From the NCBI GenBank assembly GCA_036172245.1, contig JAYWIR010000063.1:558001-595153 (forward strand): DNA of 37,153 bases. The letters run 5' to 3'. The notes beneath the pieces were generated by a model, which ran no database searches, was not told where the DNA came from, and saw only the letters and a program-made list of their open reading frames with translations. A program made the position numbers and the translations under genes. Below are positions 11,997-24,413 of this stretch, piece after piece (the first letter of the stretch is position 1; every line of letters starts with the position of its first letter). Source of the stretch: Raillietiella orientalis. Its lineage: Eukaryota.

Positions 11997-13726
11997 GTGG
12001 GGGCATCCGCCCCCACAGAATCGGTCCCCGCTGCAGCGCGGGCGTGGAGCGCCGTTGTGTCGGCGCCATCGCCTGCAGCCGCGGCGGAATTGTCGGCCTA
12101 TGTAGAGGAGGGGTACAACCCCTCATTGTTCTACAAGGTAGGCAATTTATATTCTTTAGAGAGCGCGCGCCTTCTCGAAGGGCATGCGCGCTGTCGATGT
12201 GAAAGAGGAGGAGCTTAGCGCTATGACCATCCGCAGCGGGGGTCAGTACGTTGAGGTCATCTGCGAACATGCAGAGCTGGCCCAACGACTGCTTAAAACC
12301 CTTGTTGTGATGGGGAAGCGCAGGCTCCTCCCCACTACGGCGGACCGCAGCATGGTGGTCCACCTGTTAGGCGTAACCGCGCGAATACGCAAAGAACAGG
12401 TTGGCGCCGCTTTGGAACAGTTCGGAACGGTCCACGCGCAGTGGACGAAAGTTAGTCCTTTCGAGGACTACACGGGGCTGCAACACGGCCTCACTGCTGC
12501 GCGCGTGACCGTTCGGGAGGGCTGCACTCTTCCCCACAAACTGGTGGTCAAAGGCGAAACCGTCGACCTCTGGTATGTGGGGAAGCCGAAATACTGTGGC
12601 TATTGCAATACGTCGGGCCACCTCAAAAAGAGGTGTCCCAATGTGCAGTGCCAAGTATGCGGCACAATGGGCCACACGAGGGAGGTGTGCCCAAAAGCAG
12701 CAGTGCGGGTGGTTTCCAAGAGAAACCTTAAAAAACGCGCCCGGCTTCTGCAGAAAAGACTGGCGGCGAAAGCTGCCGCGAAGGCTGTGCCACCCGCGCC
12801 CAAGGCCCCGGCCGCAACCGAGACCCCGACGAACAACGCCGAACAAGTCGAGGGAACAAGCCAGGAGCCTGGGTGGCAGGTGGCTACGGCCAAAAAATCA
12901 AAGAAGGAGAGGAGGATGGAAAAGAAAATCGCCTACCAACAGAAGAAGAAAGAGCAGGGTAGCGCGATAATTAAAGAGTGCAGCGTCGTTGTCGAACGCG
13001 TTCTCGATGTTGCCGAACGCTGCCGGAAAGAGCTCGCCGCTACCGACGACCTCCCCTCGGTTGACACAGTCAACAGCGAGGGGAGCGAGCCGGCGGCGGC
13101 GTCCGTCATCGACACCACCATCGACGACGTAGCCTTCGCGCGAGCCGCGGAGGAGCTGGCAGCTTCGTTGCAGACAGAACCCTCCAAGGCTGGCAAGAAG
13201 GCCGTAAGGCGTCCGGCCTCCCCTCAGTAGTCCCGCACTTCCGACCCCGAGGTGGAGGCCGGAAGCGCAGCCTGCGTTTCCACGGCACCGCGCAAGAAGG
13301 CTGGACGTAAGTCCACAAAGCCAAGGAAGCTCGTCTCCCCCGTCGAAGGGGAAGAGATGGCTTCCGCAAGCGAGGGTGCCATGAGCGTGGGAAACTCTCG
13401 GGTCCCCTCGCCCGAGAGACTCCCACGCGCGGACACGGAGGGGATGGAGGAGGTGGAGGCCGAACAGGTGCCTCAGGTGCCTGAGAAGGCCGAAACCCCC
13501 ATGGACATCCCGCCCGCCTCGCAAGAGGCGGGCTCCCCCACACCTTAATCTTCCCAGCAGTAATGCCGGGAATCTCCTCCTGCCGTCGTCTGCGCATCGC
13601 CGTTTGGAACGTGAACGGCATGACAGACGCAGGCAGGAGACGAGACATGGCCGCCCTTCTGGAGTCCTACGACCTTGCGCTGCTGCAGGAGATCCACGTG
13701 ATCTCCGCAGAACAAGCGCAAAAGAT

Positions 13727-16700
13727 TTCTCACCCGGTCACGCCGGGGCGTTTATTCCATATAACATAACCAAAAAAAGCAATTATACAAAATAAACCAG
13801 TTAGGAACCAAACTCCCAACTGACGACTGAACAAGAATGAAGAGAATATTACTGGCACGGAGGCCACAATAACAGTTTTGCGAACGGTATGGTGGGGCGG
13901 GGAACACAAAGAAACCAGAATAAAATAAAAACAATCAATAAGCAGGACGGGATAAGGGTCTTTGGGATCGCTCTGGAAGACACGGGAATAAAAGCATGGG
14001 CACCGGAAATTTTACCAAGCGAACGGGCACGGGGTATGGGTGGGCAAGAGGTAACAGGGGTGACCGGATTACGCCGTTCTGAAAGATCTGTAAACTGGCG
14101 ATGTATGCTGGTGATGTCCTCTTTCACCTTGTCACGAAGATGAGACCACCTTGAAGCCTTCTCCATGAATTAAGCTGCAAGCAGCTGAGCCTCCCTTCGC
14201 TGCGCTGACAACTCCAGGGCGTAGCGGGCCTTCACGATGGCGCGAACGCAACACATGGTTGCGACAATCGCGCCAATCAAAAGTCCATTTCTGCTGAAGA
14301 AGCGCCGCTGCACATCAATGGCAGTGCCTCCTTGTGGCATGATGGCCGAAGGGAGCCTTCGCCACAGTTCCCGGAGGTCAACGCAGTCCAGCAAAAGGTG
14401 CGGAAAAGACTCGATCTCTCCGCACCTTGAACAGTTTGGCAAAGCAGCTCCCCCGGAAACGATGCTTGGCTGGCTATTACAGTGAATAGCACAATGTAAA
14501 AAGAGAAACACATCTTGTTTCCTCTTTAAGGGGGAAACGGAGCTGTCGAAACAAACGAGGAGAACCAATACCTCTTCGGGAGGCACACATAAATGTTCTC
14601 TCCACCGAAGAAGGCCCTTCGCCCCATTCCGAGGAGTGGCGGCTTGCACCAGCTCCTTTGTCGTCCAGCTGCCGAGGAGCTTACTGACTCCCGCTTTTTT
14701 GCCGGAGAATTCCCATTCCGCCGGTAGGCAACCGTCGTTGCTTGCCCTGAGGGCAGACAGCGCTGCGGCGAGTGATGTGGCGGCCAGACGATCCGACATC
14801 TTGTTGTCCTGCATGACTTCGTCCACTTGATGAATGAGAACTCGCAGGCGTGAAGATATTCCAAGCGCGATCCTTCGGAAGCTGCCCACGATGAAAAAGA
14901 TTCCTGCCGCCATGCATTAATGTTCATGGGGCGGCAGAAGATCCAGCTTTGAGCTTCCAGCAGTGAGGACAGCTGCCTCAGCGGGAAGCGAAACTCTATT
15001 CTGGTGTGTCGAAAGTAGGGTAGCAACGAAAGCAGTCCCTCGCTTCCCGTGCAGCGTCTCAGTATAAGGCGTGCGGGTAAGCACCAAGGCATACACCACA
15101 GCTTGGCACAGGGCCGCAGCATGCGAAACTGCACCTGCAGTTCGATGCTGTTTAAGTCGAGGATGCCCAAGCCTGCATCCTGACGCAGCGCCACCAAGTC
15201 TTTAAGTCTAACACGGGATCTTGCAGCACCCCACAACGCTTTGCGTAGAAGGCGCTGCGCCCAGACTTCGAGTTCCTGTGGGGGTGGACCAACAAAAAAC
15301 AGGGGGCGGAGGAGGGGGGCAACGAAGGTGTTCCAGTAGCAGGCCCGTTTCGACAAGACTAACTGGCCTCCTGAAAATGGGCCAAGTGCACGCTCTGCCT
15401 TCCGAAGGCAGTCCGACCACGCTTCTGAGATGCAGAGGTCGCCCAACGGCACGCCAAGGTACCTGAGGTACCTGCCCGTGGGGATCCCCAGGCCAATCCA
15501 GTCGGACTGCCGCTCCCACATCGCACCCACCGGAACAACCATACACTTACTCCTGTTAACGCTCACGCCCGCACCGCGACGAATCAACTCAAAGAAGTCT
15601 TCAAGCGATGTCGCCGGGGTGGACATGGGCAACAGGAGAAGCAGGTCGTCGGCATAGGCTGCCACGGCGGGCGTACCTGGACAGGAGCTCGGCAGGTTGG
15701 CTAGCGTCAGCCTGTAAGCCTTCAGCCCCAATTCAAAATAGATGCTGAAGAGCAGCGGGCTTAAGCTGTCACCCTGCCTAATTACTCGTCGTAACGGCAC
15801 GCCGTTCATGCGACAGCCACTGAAAAATAAGGTGTAATCGCGTGGCGCCAGCAGAAGCGCAAGTACGCCAACAGGGTTGCCGGAAGACCCAGACGTTCCT
15901 AAAGCTCAAGAAGAAGCTTTTGGTTCACGCAATCGGAAGCTTTGTGCAAATCGACTGCAACCGCCAAGGCTCCCGGTGTCTCCCTTTGCGTCCCGCGCCT
16001 CCGTCGGTGAGAGATCGAAGGCGTCGCTTCCGCACGACGATCCACCGCCACACGATGCTGCAATTGCAGCCATGTGCGGATGAACAAGAGATTTGCGTCC
16101 ATGGACCGTTCAGGAACAGCGTACGTCTGATCCGGACTTAACAAGGATTCCGCGATCCTACCCATCCGCGCCACCCGAAGTTTCGACAACAACTTGACAT
16201 CCGAATTCACTGATGTGATCGGACGCCCGTTGTTCAGTTGGCGCAAATCTCCAAAATTCGGCAGTAGACGCACATTTGCTGATCGAAACGAGGCGGGTAC
16301 ATCGCCCGAGTCTCGCATCAGCGACGAGAGTTGGAGCACCAGGAGGATGAGCTCCGCCGCAAAACACTGGAAGAATTCCGCGGGGAACCCATCTTCGCCT
16401 TGCGCTTTTCGTTTCTTGAGCCCCGAGATGGCCGAGGAAATTCCCTCTGCCGTGAAGGGCTCATCAAGACGCGCGCGTTCCTCCTCGTCTAGAACAGGTG
16501 CATCAATCGGCAGGAGCAGCCGGGAAAGGCTGCGTTCCGTTGGTGCCTCTGCATACAGAGAAGAGTAATAGCGCCTGACTATCCGTCGCACGTCGGCTGG
16601 AGCCGAGCATTCCCGGTCCTGGTCGTCGAGCAGAACTGTCGCCCCTGACTGCCAGACCTGGCGCTCGGCCTTGGCCTTGTACTCGGATAATCGACCAACG

Positions 16701-18350
16701 TCCGCGCGCCTGGAAAAGGAGCGGGCCTGCAGAAAATCTCTGCTGTTAAGTACGCCCTCTCCGAAGCCGCGCCGAAGCTGGTGCAAGTGAAACCGTCAGC
16801 AGAACTCGCGGACCGATCTTTTCAGATCGTCGCAGTCCTCGAGCTCACTTATGGCAGAGCCAAGGAGGTACTGGCAAAGACGCTCAGCCGCCTCCGGGTG
16901 GCTCAGCCAGTCTGCCGGCATCGTCCAAAAACAGTTTGGAAGCCCCTTGCCTGGCGGGAGAAACTTGAACTCGAGCCTGTTGTGGTCTGAAAGCACGGAC
17001 GGCACGGGCCCTCTCCCACCCACTTGAGAGAGCAAGTGTTGTTCAAGGTAAACGTGGTCCGAATTTGCTAGCATAACATTGTCGCTAGCGAACAAGTTGC
17101 ACGCGTGGACGGACGCGCACATCTCTTTTGGTAGGAACTTTTCCCTTTTGTGGGATCTATTCTCGGAAAGCAGGTGGACGTTGAATTCCCCCGCAATGAG
17201 ATGGGCCACAGTAGGGTGCGATCGAGTGAGCCACTAACTTTGAAGGGTACCGAAGAACTCAATCCTTTCGGCCCATCGTCCAGCACCGCTCGGCGCGTAC
17301 ACGTTGGTTACGACAAGGTCGATCGAGTCCAACCACTTGAGTACAAGCTGTCCCACTCGACCTTCCGTGTCGAAACGAACGCTGCGCACCGCTCCCGCCA
17401 AAGTTCCTCACACGAGGAAAGCGACGCCGCACGTACGCGCAACGCCGCACCTATGAAGTAGCGTTCCGCCCGCGCGCCGTTCGATTTCGGCAGCCTGCTC
17501 TTCGGAGATGCTGTGAATCTCCTGCAGGAGCGTCAAGTCGCAGGCGCGCAGAGCGTGAGCCACTAGTTGCCTCTTCTCGTCGTGTTGAAGCCCGTTGACG
17601 GTCCAAGACGTCACAACAACACGACGAGAAGACGCGATTGCCCTGATCGCGGCTGGGAAAGCGTGCTCGCCTCACCCGGCAAGCGGGAGGTAAGCAGCAC
17701 GACGGGCTGGAGGGCGCGGTCGCCACCGGCCTCGAATGTGCTGCACGTAATCGAGTGCTCCTCCCCGGGTGCAGAACCTGTGGATTCCGGGGTAAGCACT
17801 CGCCGTTCTGCGGTGAGTGTGTCACGCCTTAGGGCTTCAACCCAGCGGGCGCTCGCTCCCGGGCGAGTAACGCGTCGTTCAGCGGCGCAATGGGACTCCT
17901 TTACGGAGTCTGATGCTCGCACGATCGACGAAAGCTTGCATCCGTCCGATTGCACCGGAATGGTCTTCTCGGTGGTTACAGAAGCGGACTTGCACGCGTT
18001 GGAGGCGCTGGCTTTTTCCTGGGAAGAGGCACAAGCTGCGCGTGGTTTCGTATTCGCGCGACTGCTTTTTCCTTTGGAAGAGCTCAAAGATGGATGTTGC
18101 GAAGCTTCTTTTGGAGATTTTTCTTTCCTCCTTTACACAACCTTACATTCGCCTTCGCGATTTTCGGAGGCTTTCGCGACAGTAGTTGCGGAAACCTCCG
18201 GGATTTTCGCTGCGTTCTCTAGGGGAGCTGCGTTCCCTACGCCTTTTAAAGGCGGCAACGGAGTCACCTTCTTGACCGTCGGGAGATTGCTCCTCTCCTG
18301 CCGATTCAATGAACCTGATTCGCGGCTCAAAGTATTGTGCGCACGACAAC
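13727..18350 (-). pseudogene. Segment G: ORF1 C-terminal half + nearly complete decayed ORF2 (~17647 to ~14080) + 3'UTR
   Basis: APE 'SWTVNG..LLQEIH..NVYAP..AGEFN..SDH'; RT 'RPIT..NSDVK', 'DLHKASDCV', 'RQGDSLSPLLF', 'AYADDL'; finger 'CSRCGEIESFPHLLLDC'; several stops and frameshifts; probable start codon now ATC. Confidence 0.95.
13731..13756 (-). other. LINE 3'-terminal motif copy 4: AATAAA-CGCCCCGG-CGTGA-CCGGGTG
   Basis: Identical to copy 2. Confidence 0.9.
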
Positions 18351-21300
18351 TTAATCAGTTAATTGTGATCGTGTGTGCCCGGAGAGGGGAAGTTTCCAGA
18401 CGAAACTACAAAAGAAGCGCCAAGGAAATCGCCGCGGAAGACCTTCAGTAGTCCCGTGCAGCATGACCAGCTGCCAGGATGCAGGCACCTGGAGGAGGAG
18501 TGGAGAGACCGTCGTCCCCCATGGAAGCCATGGAGGTAACGTGCGGCAACGGCGAGGCGGTGGCAGGCATGCCGAGGATCGCGCCCGCGGAGGGCTTTGC
18601 TGCGCCGGCGGCGGCGACGCCAAGGGTCGTGCCCGCGGCGACGACGGCGGAGGTCGTGCCTGCGGCGGCGATGCCGAGGATCATGCCCGCGGCGGGGAAG
18701 GTTGCGCCTGCGGCGGCGATGCCGAGTGTGCCGCCCGCGGCGGCAACGGTGGCGACGTCGAGGGTTGCGCTCGCGGCGGCGGCGTCCCAGGCAGAACCCG
18801 CAGGCGTCCACGCGGTTCAGGGCGAGACGCCATCTTGTTCGGCTGCGGCGGCGCAGCCCTTTTCCTATGCGTTGGTGGCGGCTGGACAAGTGGGTGTCCA
18901 CCCACCTAGAAAATTCGGAAAGCCGCTATGCGGCAAAGTCCAAAAGGTGGATCGGACAATCGTGGATTTAGGGCCGAATGTGAAGCCCATCATTTTCAAG
19001 ACTGAGCTGATCAAATTCAATAATATCAGGGAGGTGTATCTGTCCCTCGATAAAACGGATATTAATTTTGATCGCATAAAAGCGATCATATCGGCAAATA
19101 ACGGGTTCACAGTCTTCACAGACTGTGAAAATCTTAGAGAGCGATTGATCCAGAAGGAGATCAATATACAAGGGAGGATGGTTTCTGGTATTGGCAAAAT
19201 GCCATACACAACCGTCTTTCTGAACGGCATCTTCATCCTCACACCGCAACTAACGGTGTAGAATTTTTGGAGCTGTATGGGGAAGTTCTGGACCTTGAAT
19301 TCCAGAACTTCTCTGGAAATATATTTTCTGGCGACATGATCGTCAAAATGAAGTTGAAAGAGGGAGCTGTGATCCCTGGATTAGCCGTTCTTGACGAACA
19401 ATCCCATTGAGTGAACGTGCGTTACCGGCAACAACCGATATTCTGCACCGGGTGCAAGCAGTTTGGTTATAGAACCGGCGCTTGCCCAACGTGTCGTTGT
19501 TTCCGCTGCGGCAAAGTAGGACATCAAGTCCGAAACTGCCCGCAGCCGGAGGTGTGCTCCTTCTGCAAGAAACACGGACATGCTAAATGGAGCTGTCCGG
19601 AGCTTGCAAACTGCAGAAGGATTCGAGGTCTCTCTTCCGTGAGAGAGAGAAACACCAAGAAGACGGAACAGCCTTAGAAGGCAGGAAGGCCGAAGAAGCT
19701 GAAACAAGCCGTCCCGGTATCGCAACACGGCTTCATACAGGTAGGGAAGGAAGGAAAGAGGAGGATACTCGTCAAGGATCAAGAAACCCCTCTTATCCTG
19801 GAAGGTAAGGAGCCGGAAGGCCAGAAGATAGAGTTAGCGCAAAAAGGCGCGGAAGAAGAAATATCCGAAGCTACTCCGGTGTCGCAAAAGGCCCTGCAAT
19901 CTACGGAGGAGCTGGCATCACTGGCTAATGAAGTCCTAGAGGTGCAGAGCGGTCCCCAGCAAGAGAAAGTCTTGCAGAGGATCTGCAATGCACAGGAGAA
20001 GGTCAACCAGGTTGTGAAGGTCACCGAGCGCGAGAAGCTAGAGGAACAGCTTCTCGACGTAAAGGCGAACTTCTGCGCCAAGGTCGAAATAGAGGCGCCA
20101 TCTGGAAAATTGATCGCGCGTGCCGAACACTGCACGGAGAAGGCGGAAGTAACCGACCTCACCGGAACAGAGAGTGACGCCGGCAGCGAGAAGCCAACTG
20201 CTTCTTCATTGTCTGGAAGAGCACGCTCTCTCAGACAGAAGAAGCTCAGGAAGGCCAAGAAATAGGTCTTCCCCTTTTATGGCCTCTTCCCTATCGACCG
20301 CCAGGTGGCTGAACATCGCCTCCTGGAATCTGAACGGTGTGGTCGACCAGGGAAAAAGAAAAAGGATTGTGCGGACCATCGCACAACAAGACATAGTGTG
20401 CCTGCAGGAGACCCACAAGATGGATCTCGAGATTAGTCAGCAAATGGAACGGCGATTTAACAGGCAGATGTTCGTCAGCGAGGAAGAACGGAACACGCAG
20501 GGTGTGGCGGACCTAATCAAGAACAACTTGGCTTCCACTATTCTGGAATTGTTCTGTCCATAACCGAAACGAATCATCGGCGTGCAACTGTCCTGGTCCG
20601 CTACTGTTCACCTCATCCTGGTGAACGTGTAGGGGCTGCACAGGCTGAAACATCTTTGTGCGGAGGCACTGCATGCAGCACTCCGTGAAAAGGTCGCCCC
20701 CAAGGACGTCGTGATTGTTGCAGGCGATCTCAACATATTGGATGAGATCACTCATTCCCAAGACGCCAGAGGAAGGACGGCGTATCGGTGGCTATCCAAA
20801 GAGTTCGGACTGGTGTGGCCAACAGCAAGTCACAAGCCGATCGATCGCGTCCTGCACAGCACCGAACTAGGGAATCGCATTCAGGGTTTTCGAGACACAT
20901 TGACCACTCTGTCCGATCTCCCGTTGGTGCGGTTTTCCCTAAGAACGGAGAATCCTCGGCGGAGGCAAGGCACCAGGGCGGCGCTCATCAGCATGCCCGC
21001 CTGGTTCGAAACCCATCCCGGACATCAGGCAGTCCTGGAGACGATTCTGAAGGCAACAACAATCCGAAGAGTCGCCGACTAAGACAGCCTGAAACACAGG
21101 ATACACCTGTTAGCAAACATGCAGTTCGGGGATAGGCGCTTGAGGCAGGAGGCGTACCGGGAGCTGAAAATCCAAGATCGCATACTCTCAAAGTACTTCG
21201 ATCAGTACGAGAGTAAGTACGTCTTCAAAAACATAAAAGAGAAAGTCGGCGTGCTGGAGAAGAGAAATCTGGCAACAGATATCTTCTGCACCCAGTACGA

Positions 21301-23565
21301 CGGTCAAGAGCGACAGTCGTCCGAAGATATCGTGGATGCCTTTCAAAGGCATTACACGAAACACTTTAGGCGACAACATCTCACTCGCTCTAGTCAACAG
21401 GCCTTTCTGAGCTACCTCGAGAAGAGGACCGACGATCTCCAGCGGAACAGACTGGAGGAGGAATTCTCCGAAGACGAGGTAAAGACTGCGTTTAATGAAC
21501 TACGCAAGGACGTGGCAGCGGGCCCTGAAAGTGTACCCATCACTCACTATCAGCGGTACCTGCATGCGTAACTGCGTTTGTTCCACCAGTTGACCCTCTG
21601 CATCCGCGAAGAAGGAAGACTTCCACAGTGCTTCTACGAGAGTAGGATGAGATTGTTTCCAAAAGGAGGCGACCTCACGCAGGTCGCTCAATGGAGGCCA
21701 ATCTCGATCCTGAACTCGGTTGCCAAGTGGTTGGCGAAGATCTGGTCCAACCGCTTAGGCAAGGTCATGTCGAGGCTCATCTCTGCGGTCCAAACGTGTG
21801 CAGTCCCTGGTCGTCACATGTCGGACAATGTCAAGTGTGCCCAGGCCACCGTCGGACTCAGCCGATACGTCGGCGAGAATCTGGCGCTGGTGTTCACTGA
21901 CATGGAGAAGGCTTTCGACTCCATCGACCATGGGATGCTGCTGAAGGTTCTGGAGAAGCTAGGCCTTCCGGAACACTTCAGCATTTTCGTAAGGGTGGTA
22001 CTCCAGAACCAGTACTGCCGAATCAAAATCAACGGCCAGGAGACGGCAGCAATCCGGATGGAACGGGGAGTCCGGCAGGGCGACTCGCTAAGTCCGATGC
22101 TGTTCGTCATCTACATGGAGGCGTTGTCGTCCTTTATCGAGAAGAGCGGACGACTGCAAGGCAAAACAATCGATGGCCAGCGTCTTACCCATCTGGCATA
22201 CGTTGATGATCTACTCTCCTTTATCAAGGGAGAAAGAAATCAACGAGCGTTTCTGGATGTGGTAGACCTGATGGATCAAAACCTCGGTCTAAAGATCAAC
22301 GCCCAGAAAAGCCAGCTCTTGCCCGTTGGAATTCTCGATCTCTCCACTCTAGCGGGGAGAGGATTCCAAACGGTGGACAAGGCCAAGTACCTGGGTGTCT
22401 ACATTGGCGACGTCTCCGCGTCGAAGATATTGTGGACCGAGATCCTAGGGAAAACGGCCAAGGAAGCAGCCAAGTACACCCGAACGGACCTTGGAATGAA
22501 GCGAAAGGCCAACATATGGAACGGAGTACTCCTTCCAAAAGTGCTCTTTGGGGCGGCCTTCGCGAGGATGAACAAGGACACCACGAGGAAGTTTGACAAG
22601 CTGCAGAGAAAAAGAGCGGGCCACCGGCAATGCGGGACTCTCATCCTACTTTGCACTCCAAAGCCCCATCTGCCACTGCGGACTTCAGATTCGAAGGGCG
22701 GCCAAGCTCGTGAAGACCAACTCGGAGCGGATCCTTGTACGCCCCTCGAACGGTCCTGCCTGGCTGCAGGAAACCGTCCGCACGTGGGCGATGAATCAGG
22801 AGCAGAGCCCGCAACACGAACGAATAGCTCTGTTCGGGCCGCACGCCCATTGCACGCTCCGAGAAATCATCGAGGATCCCCGAAGGAAAGCGTGGGCACA
22901 AAGAGCCTCCCTTGCTGCGGTACTGCCTACCCTACAAGAACATCTGGGCAGCGACGTCGCGGCACAATGGGAGGTAACTTTCAAGATCGACGAAAGGGAG
23001 AAGAAGATCGTGGATTGGAGAACGGGTCAGCTAAACAACGCTGCGACCCCGAGGACCACCCCACACGGACTCTTGCGCTGGGGCGAGCTATTGGATGTTC
23101 CGGAGGAACAACTGGAGTGGCCCTCGGTGCTCATGGACTCGCGCACCCTCCCCTTGAAGTGGCAACAGTCGGCACTCCTGGTGTTGCTTTGAGGCCTACC
23201 CTGTAACGCCCGCCGACACCACTGGACGCTGGAGGGTGTCAACCCCAATTGTGTCAGGTGCGGGGAGAGGGAATACCTCCCCTTCCTGCTAGTGAAATGT
23301 GTTGCCCTCCGTCCCCTGTGGGAACGCTTTGCCGCGGCCCTGGGGATTCCCGGAGGCAACCCCAGAGACGCTTTGCGCCCCCACTTCTTCCGTGATGCTC
23401 TGCCTCCGGCGGCCTTGCTTGCAGCCCTGTGCTGCCTACGCGGGATCGTCGTGGCCTGGAACAAAGCGACGGGAGGGTCCAGCGACACGGACGCCAACGT
23501 GTACGCCGCCCGTTTCCTGATGATGGCGACGCGATGGCCCCATTTGGAACCCACAGCTTCAGCTT
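18351..23565 (+). pseudogene. Segment H: near full-length decayed LINE; 5'UTR, ORF1 (~18479-20265, three knuckles), ORF2 (20279 to ~23565, cut a few codons before its end; no 3'UTR)
   Basis: 'FSYALVAA'; 'CTGCKQFGYRTGAC', 'CFRCGKVGHQVRNC', 'CSFCKKHGHAKWSC'; APE 'SWNLNG..CLQETH..AGDLN'; RT 'WRPISILN', 'DMEKAFDSIDH', 'RGVRQGDSLSP', 'AYVDDL'; finger 'CVRCGERE'; stops at 20563, ~20632, 21082, 21571, 23192; deletion near 22615. Confidence 0.95.
18560..18785 (+). repeat. Degenerate GC-rich coding minisatellite in the ORF1 N-terminus of H (about 5 units like AYGCCGAGGRTCRYGCCCGCGG)
   Basis: Encodes MPRIAPAE / TPRVVPAA / MPRIMPAA / MPSVPPAA / TSRVALAA. Confidence 0.8.
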
Positions 23566-24413
23566 TATTCAGGGGTGCCTCCGAGGAGGAGGATGCGCTT
23601 CCGGCCCCCAGGTCGAACTCACCTGTGGGGGCCTTTTTCGCAGTAGCCGGCCTTCGCCCGGCCTTGCGCGAAGGATTCTCACGCTCGGCCAGCGTGGCCG
23701 CGAGCTCCTCCGCCGCCTGCGGGAACGCGGCGTCCGCGGCTTCGACCGCCGCTATGTCGCGCGGCTCACCCTCTGTTTGCACAGACGGTTCGCCGTCGCA
23801 AACTTCGGGCGCGACGGAAACGGCGAGGGGAGGCTCGTCGCCCCGGGTGGCATCCTCAGGAACGACGATACGTTCCAATGCCACCGTGCACTCGCGTAAG
23901 GTTTTCGAACGCGGCCCGGGTTTTTTTGCCTTACCGATCGACTTCTCTTTCTTCTCCTTTAAAGGAGCTTTTTTCTCTTTTCTGGCTGCTACAAGTTGCC
24001 AGCCCTCTTCACCTTCCGCCACTTGGGAAGTTTTATCCTCCGTCTTTTCTTTTGGAGGTTGAGGATGTGGCAGCTTTTGCCGGACAGCGTCCGCCTTAGG
24101 TCTTGTGACCTTTACTGCGCGTTTCCCCTGCGCCTTTTTCGCGGCAGGAGGTACCGGGGTGGGGCGTTTTGGGCACACACGTCGAACGTGTCCCTTCTCG
24201 CACATGTGGCATTGGATGTTAGGACACCTCTTGCGAAGGTGTCCTACGGTATCGCAGTAGCCGCAATACCGGGGCTTTCCCACGTACCAGACGTCCACGC
24301 ACTTTTTCGCGACCTCTAGCTTGTGGGGAAGCCCACAATCCTTATTCACGGTTACCCGCACTGCAGCCTGGCCTCCGAAATGGCTATTAAAGCCTTCGAA
24401 GATTGTTGGATAG
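23566..24413 (-). pseudogene. Segment I: internal LINE ORF1 fragment (F-like)
   Basis: 'WYVGKPRYCGYCDTVGHLRKRCPNIQCHMCEKGHVRRVCPK', 'AAEELAATL'; open frame. Confidence 0.92.

Larger units (their letters stand above)
11786..13726 (+). pseudogene. Segment F: LINE 5'UTR + ORF1 (11889-13548; frameshift ~12183, stop 13230) + first ~55 codons of ORF2 APE (ATG 13563)
   Basis: 'AWSAVVS', 'CGYCNTSGHLKKRC', 'CQVCGTMGHTREVC'; APE start 'RIAVWNVNG...DLALLQEIH'. Confidence 0.93.
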
